DNA of 64,000 bases from Octopus sinensis (GCF_006345805.1 NC_043003.1:17794001-17858000), one strand, 5' to 3'. Positions 50,102 through 62,367 are shown, counted from the first letter of the stretch. The notes: generated from the letters alone by a model not told the origin. Made by a program: numbers and translations.

Positions 50102-50960
50102 CATCCATTGTCTGTACTAGCATGGGCTGGACAGTTCAACCAGAGTTGGCAAGCTGGGGAGCTGAACCAGGCTCCAGTCTGATTTGGCATGATTTCTACA
50201 GCTGAAGGCCCTTCCACTTTACAGAGTGTGCTGGGTGCTTTACACAGCACTACATCAGCACTACATCAGCACTTTTAATTACACATACAACAAGTGTATA
50301 CCTATATTCTTCTGACATATATTGACATGTATTAGTTTCACTAATCTATAATCTCCTCAAAAAAATGTCTCAAAAAGAATCACCCTCGGTCTTCTGTGCA
50401 AATTTGGGCCCTTATTACATTCTCCCATGTGCTAAAAACCATTTTGCGTAAATATGTGCTACTGCAATTGGAGTGCATCTCACACACCTGTGCGTCTTTT
50501 ATGTTATCTAATACAGTTATAAAATTTCAATTATAACTTTTGCTTTCAGAATCCTTTCTCTTTTGTCCTTATTTAACTATTTCAATTACCAATGTTATCA
50601 ATTAGACACTCATATTAAACATTGAAACCGTTTACAAATGTTAATTCCCAATTTTGCTACCCTCGTCTTGTTTATTGTTGATTTGCTCATGATTAAATTA
50701 TGCCAATTACAATTACTTTACTCATTACACTTTAATTTTAAGTCATATCTGAACAGCCTCTAACTTTTATTACAATGCTAAGTTAAATTATTATGATGAC
50801 TGACGTATTTTCTGGTTTCATTATTTTGTTTACATTTTGATGCTTGATTTACAGATAAGCATTTTTAATCCATTTTTTGTTGTATCTTTGGATAGTCGTT
50901 ATGCCAATAATAAATACACTGGTTCTGTTCACTTCTTTATTGTATATTATATATTAACGT

Positions 50961-51278
50961 TGCATGGCACCTTGGGCAAGTGTCTTTTACTATAGCCTCA
51001 GGCGACCAAAGCCTTGTGAGTGGATTTGGTAGACGGAAACTGAAAGAAGCCCATCGTATATATGTATATATGTGTGTGTGTGTTTGTGTGTCTGTTTGTC
51101 CCCTCCCAACATCGCTTGACAACCGATGCTGGTGTGTTTGTGTCCCCGTAACTTAGCGGTTCGGCAAGAGAGAGACCAATAGAATAAGTACTAGGCTTAC
51201 AAAGAATTTGCTCGACTAAAGGCAGTGCTCTAGCATGGCCGCAGTCAAATGACTGAAACAAGTAAAAGAGTAAAAGAG
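50961..51278 (+). mobile_element. SINE family A, 5'-truncated
   Basis: Body and tail present. Confidence 0.75.
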
Positions 51279-51536
51279 AGTTAACCTACTAAGTTGTTTA
51301 ATTAATCATTCAGTTAATCAATTGATTGATTATGTTTGTTAAAGTTACCATTCACAACTCCAATAACATTTTCTTTCTACCGACCTGAATCTGACCTTGA
51401 GTTGAGAAGGTGTGTCATTGTTTAGGTCACAAATACTGACAAAGGGAGTTTGACAAACATAATTGGTTGACTGATTAACTGAATGACCAACTAAACAATT
51501 GATTAGTTAATTAGGTAAATGGTTAACTAGTTAACT

Positions 51537-51567
<31 letters not shown>

Positions 51568-52920
51568 GGGTGACAAGCTGGCAGAATTGTTAGCACCCTG
51601 GGAGAAATGCTTAGCGGTATTTCGTCTGCCATTACGTTCTGAGTTCACATTCCGCTGAGGTCGACTTTGCCTTTCATCCTATCGGGGTCGATTAAATAAG
51701 TACCAGTTACACTGTGGGGTCGATGTAATTGACTTAATCCCTTTGTCTGTCCTTGATTCTTCCCTCTATGTTTAGCCCCCTGTGGGCAATAAAAATAAAT
51801 AATAATAATAATGATGATGATGATTATAATTTAAGGGAGATTTGGCTGCTATATCCAGCAGGTCAAGAGACCACTTGGAGGCTTCCTTGTTAGCTTGTTC
51901 TAAGTAGTAGTATCCCTCAGTGTGTGTAATTAGCAGTAGTGACTTTATCAAAGAGGAAATGGGAGTTTTGATGTTGGTACTTCTTTTAAGTGCATCTGTA
52001 ACGTAAGTGGAGGGAAACCATTTCTGCTTGCTCACAGCTGACTACATTATTATTATTATGCCAGTCAAGGCAGCGAGCTGGCAGAACCATTAGCATGCTG
52101 GACGAAATGGTTAGCAACATTTCATCATCCATTTTTACATTTTGAGTTCAAATGCCACTGAGTTTGACTTTGCCTTTCATCCTTTCGGGGTTGATAAATT
52201 AAGTACCAGTGGAACACTGGGGTTGATGTAATCAACTAGTCCCCTCCTCACAAATTTCAAGCTTTGTGCCTATAGTAGAAAGGATTATTTTATTATTATT
52301 ATCATTATCATTATTATTATCATTATTATTATCATTATTATTATTATTATTATTAAATGAAGGCACATGACTCAGTGGTTAGAGTGTCGAGCTTACGATC
52401 GTGAGGTTGTGAGTTTGAATCCCGGACCGGGCTGCATGTTGTGTTCTTGAGCAAGACACTTTATTTCACGTTGCTCCAGTTCACTCAGCTGTAGAAATGA
52501 ATTGTGATGTCACTGGTGCCAAGCTGAATCGGCCCCTTTGCCTTTCCCTTGGATAACATCGGTGGTGTGAAGGGAGGCTGATATGCATGGGTCTTCCATA
52601 AACAACCTTGCCCGGACTTGTGCCAGGGAGAGTAACTTTCTAGGTGCAATCCCATGGTCAGTTATGACCGAAGGGGGTCTCAGTATTATTATTATTATTA
52701 TTATGGGAGTGAGCTGACAGAATCATTAGTACGTTGGGTGGAAATGCTTAGTGTATTTCATCTGTCTTAACGTTCTGAGTTCAAATTCCTCTGAGGTTGA
52801 CTTTGCTTTTCATCATTTCGGGGTCGATAAATTAAGTACCGGTTATGCACTGAAGTCAGTGTAATCAACTAGTCCCCTCCCCACAAATTTCAGGCCTTGT
52901 GCCTATAGTAGAAAGGATTA
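51568..52920 (+). mobile_element. Three family-B copies (about 51568-51795, 52068-52285, 52706-52920) around a family-F SINE
   Basis: Family-B diagnostic motifs, separated by (AAT)n/(ATT)n tracts. Confidence 0.7.
52359..52681 (+). mobile_element. SINE family F
   Basis: Full-length copy. Confidence 0.8.
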
Positions 52921-53028
52921 TCTTTATGCTAATTACCATTACCCTCATATTATATTAACCAAACCTGATATGGCTACATTCATCCATCTGTCCATCTGTT
53001 CATCCATCCATCCATCCATCCATCCATC

Positions 53029-53557
53029 TTGGAGGCTTAATAAAAGCACAAAATAAGAAATAATGAAAAGAAAAAAATTATTTTCTGAATCTAAATATAA
53101 TGCCATTTTATTTCATTAAGTTTTAAAAATTAAATCAGCTAAATGCTTCCCATCATTGTCAACACACTGTTGGAGACGTTCATGAAAGTTATCGATAACT
53201 CTATGGATCATTTCTTCTGGAATGGTGAAATGTGATTTCTTCTTGTGGGGATATTTAAAATCAAAAGTATTCAGTCATCGCCCTCCATCTATTGATGAAT
53301 TAAAACGTGCAGTTTGTGTAGAAATAGCAACCATTCCAGAAGAAATGATCCATAGAGTTATCGATAACTTTCATGAGCATCTCCAACAGTGTGTTGACAA
53401 TGATGGGAAGCATTTAGCTGACTTAATTTTTAAAACTTAATGAAATAAAATGGCATTATATGTACATTCAGAAAATAAAATTTTTCTTTCCATTATTTCT
53501 TATTTTGTGCATTTATTAAGACTCCAAATGTGTCAGATCATTTTGGTCCACCCTGTA
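53029..53557 (+). mobile_element. Tc1/mariner 3'-end fold-back derivative
   Basis: Transposase C-terminus CDFFLWGYLKSKVF...PSIDELK...; right TIR ending ccaccctg|TA (53555); arms 53029-53226 and 53330-53526. Confidence 0.85.
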
Positions 53558-54569
53558 TATTAGCTCATTAGTCATCCCAGGACTATAATAGAAAACACTT
53601 GCCCATGTTGCTATGCAGTGGTACTAAATCTAAAACCCTGTGGGGGTTGGGGAGCAAGCTTGTTAACCAACTACACAGCCGTGCCTATGAATAATATTAC
53701 ATAGAACTTGAAGGTGGCAAGCTGATGGAATCATTAGCATGGTGGGCTAAATGATTACTGGCATTTTGTCTGTCTTTTATGTTCAGAGTTCAAATTCCAC
53801 TGAGGCCAGCTTGGCCTTTCATACAGTCGATGTAATCGACTCACTCTTCACCTGATTTTCTCCCCTCCATACACATGTATCTGACTCATACACCATTCAC
53901 TTTCCAGACATTTGTACATTACTTCATATGCTTTATACGCACTTTTGACAAGTTGTGGTGCACCTGAGCACTGTATACAATAATTTCATTATTATTATTA
54001 TTATTATATTAAAATTGCTGGCCTTGTACTAAAATTAGAAACCAGTATTACATAAAACTTTAAGTATAAGAGTAGATGAAAGAGCAGTCCATTTTGAGAC
54101 CTAATCTTCTGGATGGTAATATTTCCTGATTCAACTTTGCCCTTCATCCCTCTAGAATTATTAAAAATAAGTAGCTTCTCTTATCGACATATTAGATGCT
54201 TGAGACAGTTCCTTTTCTCTGGCAAGAAGATTTCTGTATCATGTGACTCAAATGTATTGGATTTCAAGGTTAAAGAATCAAAGGATAGACCATTGTCTAC
54301 ACACTTCTTAGAATGGCTCAAAATTTAGACTAAATTATCAAAACATGTTATTGTTGGCATTAAGGAAATGTTCAACAGTGGAAGCATGTGTTGTAGTAAT
54401 GCTACTGTTACTTACTAAATAATTTTGTATAGGCAAAGGAGTGGCTGTGTGGTAAGTGGGACTGAACTTATAACCATATAGGTGCAAAGCAAGCTTCTTA
54501 ATCTCACATCCGTATTTTCTGCTAATGCAACTTAACTATGCATTTATAACAAACTACATGATTTAGTAT

Positions 54570-55115
54570 ATACTTTACTAGCACTCGTGCTGGTGGCATG
54601 TGAACAAAACATTCAAGCAAGATTGTTGCCAGTGCCGCTGGACTGTCTCCTGTGCAGGTGGCACATAAAAAGCACCATTTGAGCTTGGCCATTGCCAGTA
54701 CCGCCTGACTGGCCCTCGTGCTGGTGGCATGTAAAAGCACATAAAAGTGTGGCCATGCAGGAGCACTACATTCTTGGAGTGGTTGGTGTTAGGAAGGCAT
54801 CCTGCTGTAGAAACTCTGCCAGATCAGATTGGAGCCTGGTGCAGCTATCTGGTTCACCAGTCCTCAGTCAAATCGTCCAACCCATGCTTGCATGGAAAGC
54901 AGACGTTAAACGATGATGATGATGATATATATATATATATATATATATACATACTACACTCTCAGAGTGATTGGCATTAGGAAGGGCATCCAGCTGTAGA
55001 AACTCAGCCAGATCAGATTGGAGTCTGGTGCAGCCATCTGGTTTGCCAGTCCTCAGTCAAATCGTCCTACCCATGCTAGTATGGAAAGCGGACGTTAAAC
55101 GATGATGATGATGAT
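54570..55115 (+). mobile_element. Two tandem family-D copies
   Basis: Tails at about 54900-54925 and 55090-55113. Confidence 0.75.
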
Positions 55116-55724
55116 TCTGTGTCTAAGGTTCATGTTATTTAGCAGCTTGTATACTACATTTATTTAAATGCAATGTATAGACATCTGCATGGCTGTATTT
55201 GAAAGATCCATAAATAAAAAAATGTATAAAAACACAAAAAAAAGTGTTGGGGCCGGGGAAGAATTTAGCAAAAGTCATAATCCTGTGTTACTATGTGTAT
55301 GTAAGAGCATAGGCTTTAGATGTCAGCTGGTTCTCCTCAAATTCTCACATTTCTTGTTTGGCTCCTTCCTACTAGGTCAGTCTTTGATGTTTTATTATTA
55401 TTATTTTTCTTGGATTTTTTTCTTTTATGATTTTATTTCAAACTCACTGTAAATATACCTAATTTAACAGCAATTAAAAAAAATAAACAGCTATAATTTA
55501 GGTGCTCTGTGTGGCTGTGTGGTTAAGAACCTTGCTTTGCAACTGTGTGGTTTGGGGTTCAGTCACACAAAGCTCTTTCGTCACACATCCTGTGACCATT
55601 TGGAAGAAGTAGAACAAGAGGAGAGATGTGGGATAGAGAGTTGCTGAAGAGGTCACAGGAGGTGTGACAAAAGTACTTTGACAAACAAACTAAAATAATA
55701 ATAATTATTATTATTATTTCTACT

Positions 55725-55931
55725 CTAGGCACAAGGCCTTAAAAATTTTTAGGGGAAGGGGGCTTGTCGATTACATCGACCCCCAGCATGTAACTGGTAC
55801 TTATGTCATTGACCTTGAAAGCATGAAAGGGAAAGTCGACCTTGGCAGAATTTGAACTCAGAATATAGTTGCAGATAAAATACCACTAAGCATTTCACTC
55901 AGCGTGCTAACGATTCTGCCAGCTCACTGCC

Positions 55932-55993
<62 letters not shown>

Positions 55994-56530
55994 CTTTTCT
56001 GCTCATAGCACAAGACCTGAAATTTTGGGGGATGGGGCCAGTTGATTAGATCAACCCCAGTACACAACTGGTACTTAATCTACTGACCCTAAAAGGATGA
56101 AAAGCAAGTTGACCGTGACAGAATTTGAACTCAGAACGTAAAGACAGCCAAAATACCGCTAAGCCTTTTGCCCAGCGTGCTAACGTTTCTGCCAGCTTGT
56201 TGCCTTAATAATAATAATAATATAATAATAATAATAATAAATGCCCTGATGCAGTACCAGGGCATTTATTATTATTGTTATTATTATTATTATTATTAAT
56301 AATAATACTACTGAGGGCAGTCAGTTGGCTGAATCGTTAGCACACCAGGCGAAATGCTTAGCAGTATTTCATGTGCCACTACAGTCTAAGTTCAAATTCC
56401 GCCAAGGTTGGCTTTCTTTTCATCTTTTCAGGGTCAATAAATTAAGTACCATTCAAGTCCTGGGGTCGATGTGATCAACTTCCCCCACTCCACAAATATC
56501 AGGCCTTGTGCCTATAGTAGAATGGATTAT
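55725..56530. mobile_element. Three family-B copies (two minus, one plus) separated by (AAT)n
   Basis: Family-B diagnostic motifs. Confidence 0.7.
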
Positions 56531-56572
56531 TATTATTTTTATTGTTATCACATAAAAAATATGTGCATATGT

Positions 56573-57612
56573 GTGAATGCAGACATGCATAGACTGGAGA
56601 GAAACGAAGGTAGTATGCTCTGTTGGATGTGTAATAACAGTGTGCATGTACGACAAAGTACAAATGTATTGAGAGAAAAGCTGAGCATAAGAGGAATCAA
56701 ATGTAACATGCAAGAGAGAAGACTATGTTGGTTTGGCCACGTGATGCATATGAATGAGGACAGCTGCATAAAGAAGTGCCAATCACTGAAAGTAGATGGC
56801 ACCTGTGGAAGAGGAAGACCCAGGAAGGCATAGGACGAAGTGTTAAGGACCGACCTCAGGATGTTGGGCCTCTCAGAAGAAATGACAATGGATCGAGATG
56901 TTTGGCAATATGAAGTTCTTGAGAAGACCTGCCCATGTCAACAAAACTGATTTCTAGAAGGGCTATGTCCCTCCACCACACTACATCTTTTCTCTTCCTC
57001 AAATTTCTGCTTCATGCTCTATGCTTACCTCCCACTCCCCATTTCTGTCCCCTTGGCCCTGTGCCACTGCATCATTGCTCTCTGCTTGCTTCTGACCTGT
57101 ACGTTCCACCCACACCCTGTCTCAGTGTATCAATGCATATGCCCAGCACTTTGCTACCATCTCTATCCTGCCGTCTCCCACTCTCTCTGTTTCTGTCTTC
57201 TTTGCTGATCTCTCTCTCTCTTTCTCCCTCCACCCCCAGCTGGTTAACCTTGTACCTCTTCTACAACAAGATAGCAGTTTCTGTCTCTCTGCCTGCCTCA
57301 CTATAACCTTTCGTTATCTGACACAAGACCACCCACTCTCAAAAGGGTGTGTGTGGGTTTTTTTTTTTTTGTCTTGCAAGTACTTGGTGACCCAGCTGTA
57401 AAATCCTTGCCAAAACTGACCTCAACTGTGCTTGTGCCACGTAAAATTTACCAAGTCCACTCTGCTCAGTGGTTGGTGTTTGGAAGGGCATCCAGCTAAA
57501 AAAATCCTGCCAAAATAGTTACAGAAATCTGATGCAGGCTTCCACCCGGCCAGCTTTCGTCAAACCATCTCACCTGTGCCAGCATGGAAGGCAGACATTA
57601 AACAATGATGAT
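56573..57612 (+). mobile_element. RTE-clade LINE 3' fragment (dead ORF C-terminus plus 3'UTR)
   Basis: RLERNEGSMLCWMCN..REKLSIRGIKC.MQERRLCWFGHV...GRGRPRKA* with premature TAG at 56831; ends in a (GAT)n tail. Confidence 0.85.
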
Positions 57613-57650
57613 GATATATATATATGTATCCACATAATTTTACCTACAAA

Positions 57651-57745
57651 GGTTATTTTAACGTACCAAGCTACTTGGTAAAATTGTTAATTAATTGATT
57701 AATTAATTAATTAATTTGTTTAATAAATTTTACCCTTCTATTATT
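57651..57745 (-). repeat. Dispersed AT-rich element end, homologous (inverted) to 20991-21063
   Basis: Reverse complement aagggtaaaa...(attaa)n...ttttaccaagtag..ggta.gttaaaa.aacc is shared. Confidence 0.7.
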
Positions 57746-57749
57746 AATT

Positions 57750-57784
<35 letters not shown>

Positions 57785-57950
57785 ATATATATATGTATAT
57801 ATACATATATATATGTATATATGTGTGTGTGTGTATATATGTGTGTGTGTATGTGTGTATATATATGTGTGTGTGTATATGTATATATACATATATATAT
57901 ATGTGTGTGTGTGTGTGTATACACACACACACACACATATATGTATATGC
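57750..57950. repeat. Compound (TA)/(TG)/(CA) microsatellite
   Basis: Direct inspection. Confidence 0.95.
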
Positions 57951-58343
57951 GTGTGTGGGTGGGTGTGTCTGTTCCATTTTCTGCAATAAAATTGTTTTTG
58001 ACACCATGGCAATAGAACTGAAATAAGGTGTGGTGAACTACATTCTTTCACCATGAAGAAACCAGTTCAGCTCTAGTTATAACTTTTCTATGTCTTTACA
58101 AATAAACAGCAACAACAACAACAACACAACAACAACAACAACAACTACAACAATGTCCCTCTTAGCTACAATAGCATAATTTTCTGAGATATCAACTGGC
58201 TTTCATTATGCTACTCTTTGACACTTATGTAAAATCTCTTAAACATTTCACTTATAACTTTTTGTTTTGTTTCTCAGTTCTCTGCTTTTGTCTTCAAGTT
58301 GAAGCCTGTTTGACTTTAGTGCTTTACAGCTTTTGTTTCTATG

Positions 58344-59273
58344 TACGAGGCTAAGTCAGAAATTATCTGCACTTTTGCCATAACATATCTTTATTATTGT
58401 CACACTGCCTTCTGCTGCGCATGTGTGTTGTTATAGTTGGTACTATTGTGGCCACGTGGAGCCTGACCATGCCATTTTCCTTTCTGGTTTTACAGTGTAA
58501 GCATGGCTGCACCTTTAGCAATGTGCACCAAAGGAGGACAAAGGTTTGTCAGGTAGTGAAATTAAACGGAAGCTTTTAGCACAATACAAGGACAGTGCCC
58601 TGCTGCATAGAAGTGTGTATGAGTGGAATGAGAAATTTAAAAGTACATCAGTGTGCATGTACGACAAAGTACAAATGTATTGAGAGAAAAGCTGAGCATA
58701 AGAGGAATCAAATGTAGCATGCAAGAGAGAAGACTATGTTGGTTTGGACTTGTGATGCATATGAATGAGGACAGCTGCATAAAGAAGTGCCAATCACTGA
58801 AAGTAGATGGCACCTGTGGAAGAGGAAGACCCAGGAAGGCATAGGATGAAGTGGTAAAGACTGATCTCGGGATGTTGGGCCTCATGGAAGAAATGACAAT
58901 AGATCGAGATGTCTGGCAATATGAAGTTCTTGAGAAGACCCACCCATGTCAGCAAAGCGGGAGCAGGACACCTGTCAACTTCTACCACCGATGAGAAGAT
59001 TCAACAAGCTTGAGAGATGGTATTGGAGAACCAGTTTACCATTGCCGTCTTTCAGATCACTGATCACTGATCTTTGTTCTTCTGTGGTGCACATTGCTAG
59101 TCGAGCAGCCATGCTTACACTGTAAAGCCAGCAAGAAAAACAGTGCAACTAGGCTCAAACTTTGATCATGGGACCTCAATAGTTCCAACTATAAGCATGC
59201 ATGTGGAGAAAGCAGTGTGATAATAATAAAGATATGTTATGATGAAAGTGTGATAATTTTTGACTTCTTCATA
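58344..59273 (+). mobile_element. mariner 5'-end fold-back (MITE-like) element with TA target duplication
   Basis: TA|CGAGG at 58344 and cttca|TA at 59273; about 200-bp diverged arms; transposase N-terminal remnants (MAAPLAMCT..., SVYEWNEKFKS, GAGHLSTSTTDEKIQQA). Confidence 0.75.
58649..58956 (+). mobile_element. Second copy of the RTE C-terminal fragment, inside a mariner-derived element
   Basis: Highly similar to 56638-56945 by eye and shares the premature TAG (58842). Confidence 0.85.
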
Positions 59274-59475
59274 TATGTGTTATGTTCTCTGTGTGTGTAG
59301 ACACAGGCATGGTTGTGTGGTTAAGAATTACCCAAGCATATGGTTTTAGGTTCAGTCCCACTGCGTGGCACCTTGGTCAAGTATCTTCTACTATAATATC
59401 AAGCTGGTCAAAGCCTTGTGAGTGGATTTGCTTGATGGAAATTGAAAGAAGCTCATTCTGTCTGTCTGTCTGTCA

Positions 59476-59514
<39 letters not shown>

Positions 59515-59546
59515 CTATCTCTCTTGATACATATATATAGATATAG

Positions 59547-59579
<33 letters not shown>

Positions 59580-60530
59580 CACGCACATTCACTCACACAC
59601 ACATACACCAATCATTCACTTCTACTATTTATCCACCTCTGCTACTGTCTCCCCTTCTCTCTCTCTCTCTCTCTCTTAAGTTTTACCTCAGTAAAATGCT
59701 CCTGGTACATAATGTAAAGTGCTTGGTGACAGGAACTGCATCCCACTCCAGAATCCAAGCTAAAAACGAATCATACAAACAAGATGTGCCTCCTGACCCA
59801 TCTAGGAGAGCAGTGACTCCAAATAAGAACTAACTCACACTGTTGAAAACTGACTGATGTTAATGATGTTGATGATGGTGGTGGTGCTGGGGATAGTAGT
59901 GGCTGTAGTGGTAGTAGTGATAAGGATCGTTGCAGCAATTATTCAGGTGGTGATGGTGGTGGCCAAACTTTGTGTATACACAGATAAAATGCAGTTGGTT
60001 GTTTATCCTACTTTTTAATATAACCAAAATAGCAAAAAATTTTATAAATGGTTTAAATTGAAGAAAAAAAAAAAAGAAATTTTAAAAAATTGATGTTCTT
60101 TTCATTAAAATACTTTTAAAATAAAAGCGAGAACTAAGTAAATTAAAATATTTCTTTATTTTGGAAGGTAGCCAAGGTCAGAAACACATGTAAGATTAAT
60201 TTTACCATCTTTTGCTGCAGTTGCTAGGCAATAGGAAAGAAGAGATTCTAGAAGTTTCAATTAGTAAGATTTGTGTAGATAAGAACTAATGAGGGATGAA
60301 AACATACATGACAAAACTATATATATAAACAATATTTATAGGCATGACTGTGTGGTAAGAAGCTTGCTTCCCAACCACATGGTTCTGGGTTCAGTCCCAC
60401 TGTGTGGCACCTTGGGCAAGTATCTTCTACTATAGTCTTGGGCTGACTAAAGCTTTGTAAGTGGATTTGGTAGATGGAAGCTGAATGAAGCCCGTTGTTT
60501 ATATATGTATATGTATATATGTGTATGTTA

Positions 60531-60561
<31 letters not shown>

Positions 60562-60585
60562 ACAGTATTTATATATATATATATA

Positions 60586-60790
60586 GTTAATCCAAACATG
60601 AAAACAGAAAACACAACAATGCAAGGACGTGGAACAAGTATAGTGTTATTGGAAGCTCAGGAAAGGAAAGAAAGAAGGAAGATTTAACGTTGCGAGCAGA
60701 GCTCTTCATCAGAAACATAGAAAAAGGAAAGGTCCAAGGAAAGGAAGATGGAGGAAAAAAATCGCCAACGATACACACGCGGTCACATAT
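60586..60790 (-). mobile_element. About 205-bp hammerhead-containing element inserted in the (TA)n tract of a family-A SINE
   Basis: Reverse-complement homologue of 61753-61970; splits the SINE at 60340-60930. Confidence 0.65.
60682..60716 (-). ncRNA. Minimal type-I hammerhead motif (A13>C)
   Basis: Minus strand: GTTT CTGATGA A GAGC-TCT-GCTC GCAAC GTT AAAT. Confidence 0.55.
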
Positions 60791-61084
60791 GTATGTAGGT
60801 ATTTGTGTGTCTGTGCTTGTCCCCCCACCATCACTTGACAATTGATGTTGGTGTGTTTATGACCCTGAAACTTAGCAGTTGGGGAAAAAATACTGATAGA
60901 ATAAGTACTAGGCCTACAAAGAATAAGTCAGAAAAGTGTAATGGCATGCCACACAAATGCCAAAATAAGCAGAAACAGACCAAGAGAAATATGTCAAAAT
61001 TGGTCTTCAAGAAGAACAAATAGTTGCAGCTAACATTTTGTTACAAATCATAAAATATTGATACAGGCAACAGAGTATTCAATG

Positions 61085-61209
61085 AGGCATAGGAGTGGTT
61101 TATAGGCATAGGAATTGCTTATAGGCGTAGGAGTGGTTTACAGGCGAAGGAGAGGCTTGTAGGCGTAGGAGTGGCTTATTGGCGTAAGAGTGGCTTATAG
61201 GCGTAGGGG
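61085..61209 (+). repeat. 19-bp tandem repeat (about 6.5 copies) derived from the family-A SINE 5' end
   Basis: Unit aggcgtaggagtggcttat. Confidence 0.85.
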
Positions 61210-61696
61210 TCGATTTGCTCAACTAAAGGTGCTGCTCCAGCATGGCCACAGTGAAATGACTAAAACAAGTAAAAGAGAGTGCTGCCTGAAACAAGTAAAC
61301 TATAGAAGAAAGAGTTTTTTTTTTGCTTTTACTTGTTTCAGTCATTTGGCTGTGGCCATGCTGGAGCATCGCCTTTAGTTGAGCAAATCACCCCCAGGAC
61401 TTAATCTTTGCAAGACAAGTACTTTTTCTATCGTTCTATTTTGATGAACTGCTAAGTTATGGGAACATAAACACATCAACATCGGTTGTCAAGCGATTGG
61501 TATGCATTTTCACCCTGAACGAAATGACAGTAGGATCTTACAAAGGACTTATTTAAGCAATCACCTGAAGAAGCATTTCTTATACCTTGGACGGCTGACA
61601 GTGTTTACACAATGTGTTAATTATATCATCTCCCAATGTACGAGAGTAACAATGTGTCGAAACAATTGTGGTGATTTTAGATAAATAAGTAGATAT

Positions 61697-61752
<56 letters not shown>

Positions 61753-61755
<3 letters not shown>

Positions 61756-61970
61756 GTGACCACGTGTGTATTGTTGACGATTGTTTTTCCTCTGTCTTCC
61801 TTTCCTTGGATCTTTTCTTTCCCTATTTTTCTGACAAAGAGCTCCGCTCGAAACATTAAATCCTCCTCCTTTCTTTCTTTTCTTGAGCATCCAATAACAC
61901 TATACTTGTTCCATGTCCTCGCGTTGTTGTGTTTTCGCTTTGTGTTTTCATGTTTGGATTAACTTTATAT
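61753..61970 (+). mobile_element. About 215-bp hammerhead-containing element flanked by (TA)n
   Basis: Homologous to 60586-60790 in opposite orientation. Confidence 0.65.
61827..61860 (+). ncRNA. Minimal type-I hammerhead motif (G8>A, G16.2>A)
   Basis: TTTT CTGACAA A GAGC-TCC-GCTC GAAAC ATT AAA. Confidence 0.5.
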
Positions 61971-62023
61971 ATATATATATGTTTCTTTATTACCCACAAG
62001 GGGTTAATACCCACAAGGGGCTA

Positions 62024-62066
<43 letters not shown>

Positions 62067-62367
62067 CACACATTCATGCATCATCATCATTGTTTAATGT
62101 CCACCTTCCATGCTAGCATGGGTGGGATGGTTTCACAAGAGCCAGCGGGCAGAAACCTGCACTAGGTTTCTGTGACTAGACATATATACATATATATATG
62201 CACATATACATACATACATACATACATGTATGTACATACATACACACACAAACACACACACAAATGAATGTATCATAGAAATAATTGGAATACTCCTAAG
62301 ACAGTTCATCAGTACAACCTATATTTTCTGTTCTCTTACATGTTCTTGTTTCACTTTCAAATTGCAG

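Noticed and set aside
57716-58054. Several overlapping ORFs
   Set aside because: Microsatellite translations.
61085-61209. CRISPR-like short repeats (also the 2032-3157 array)
   Set aside because: No unique spacers and no cas genes; eukaryotic SINE-derived tandem repeats.
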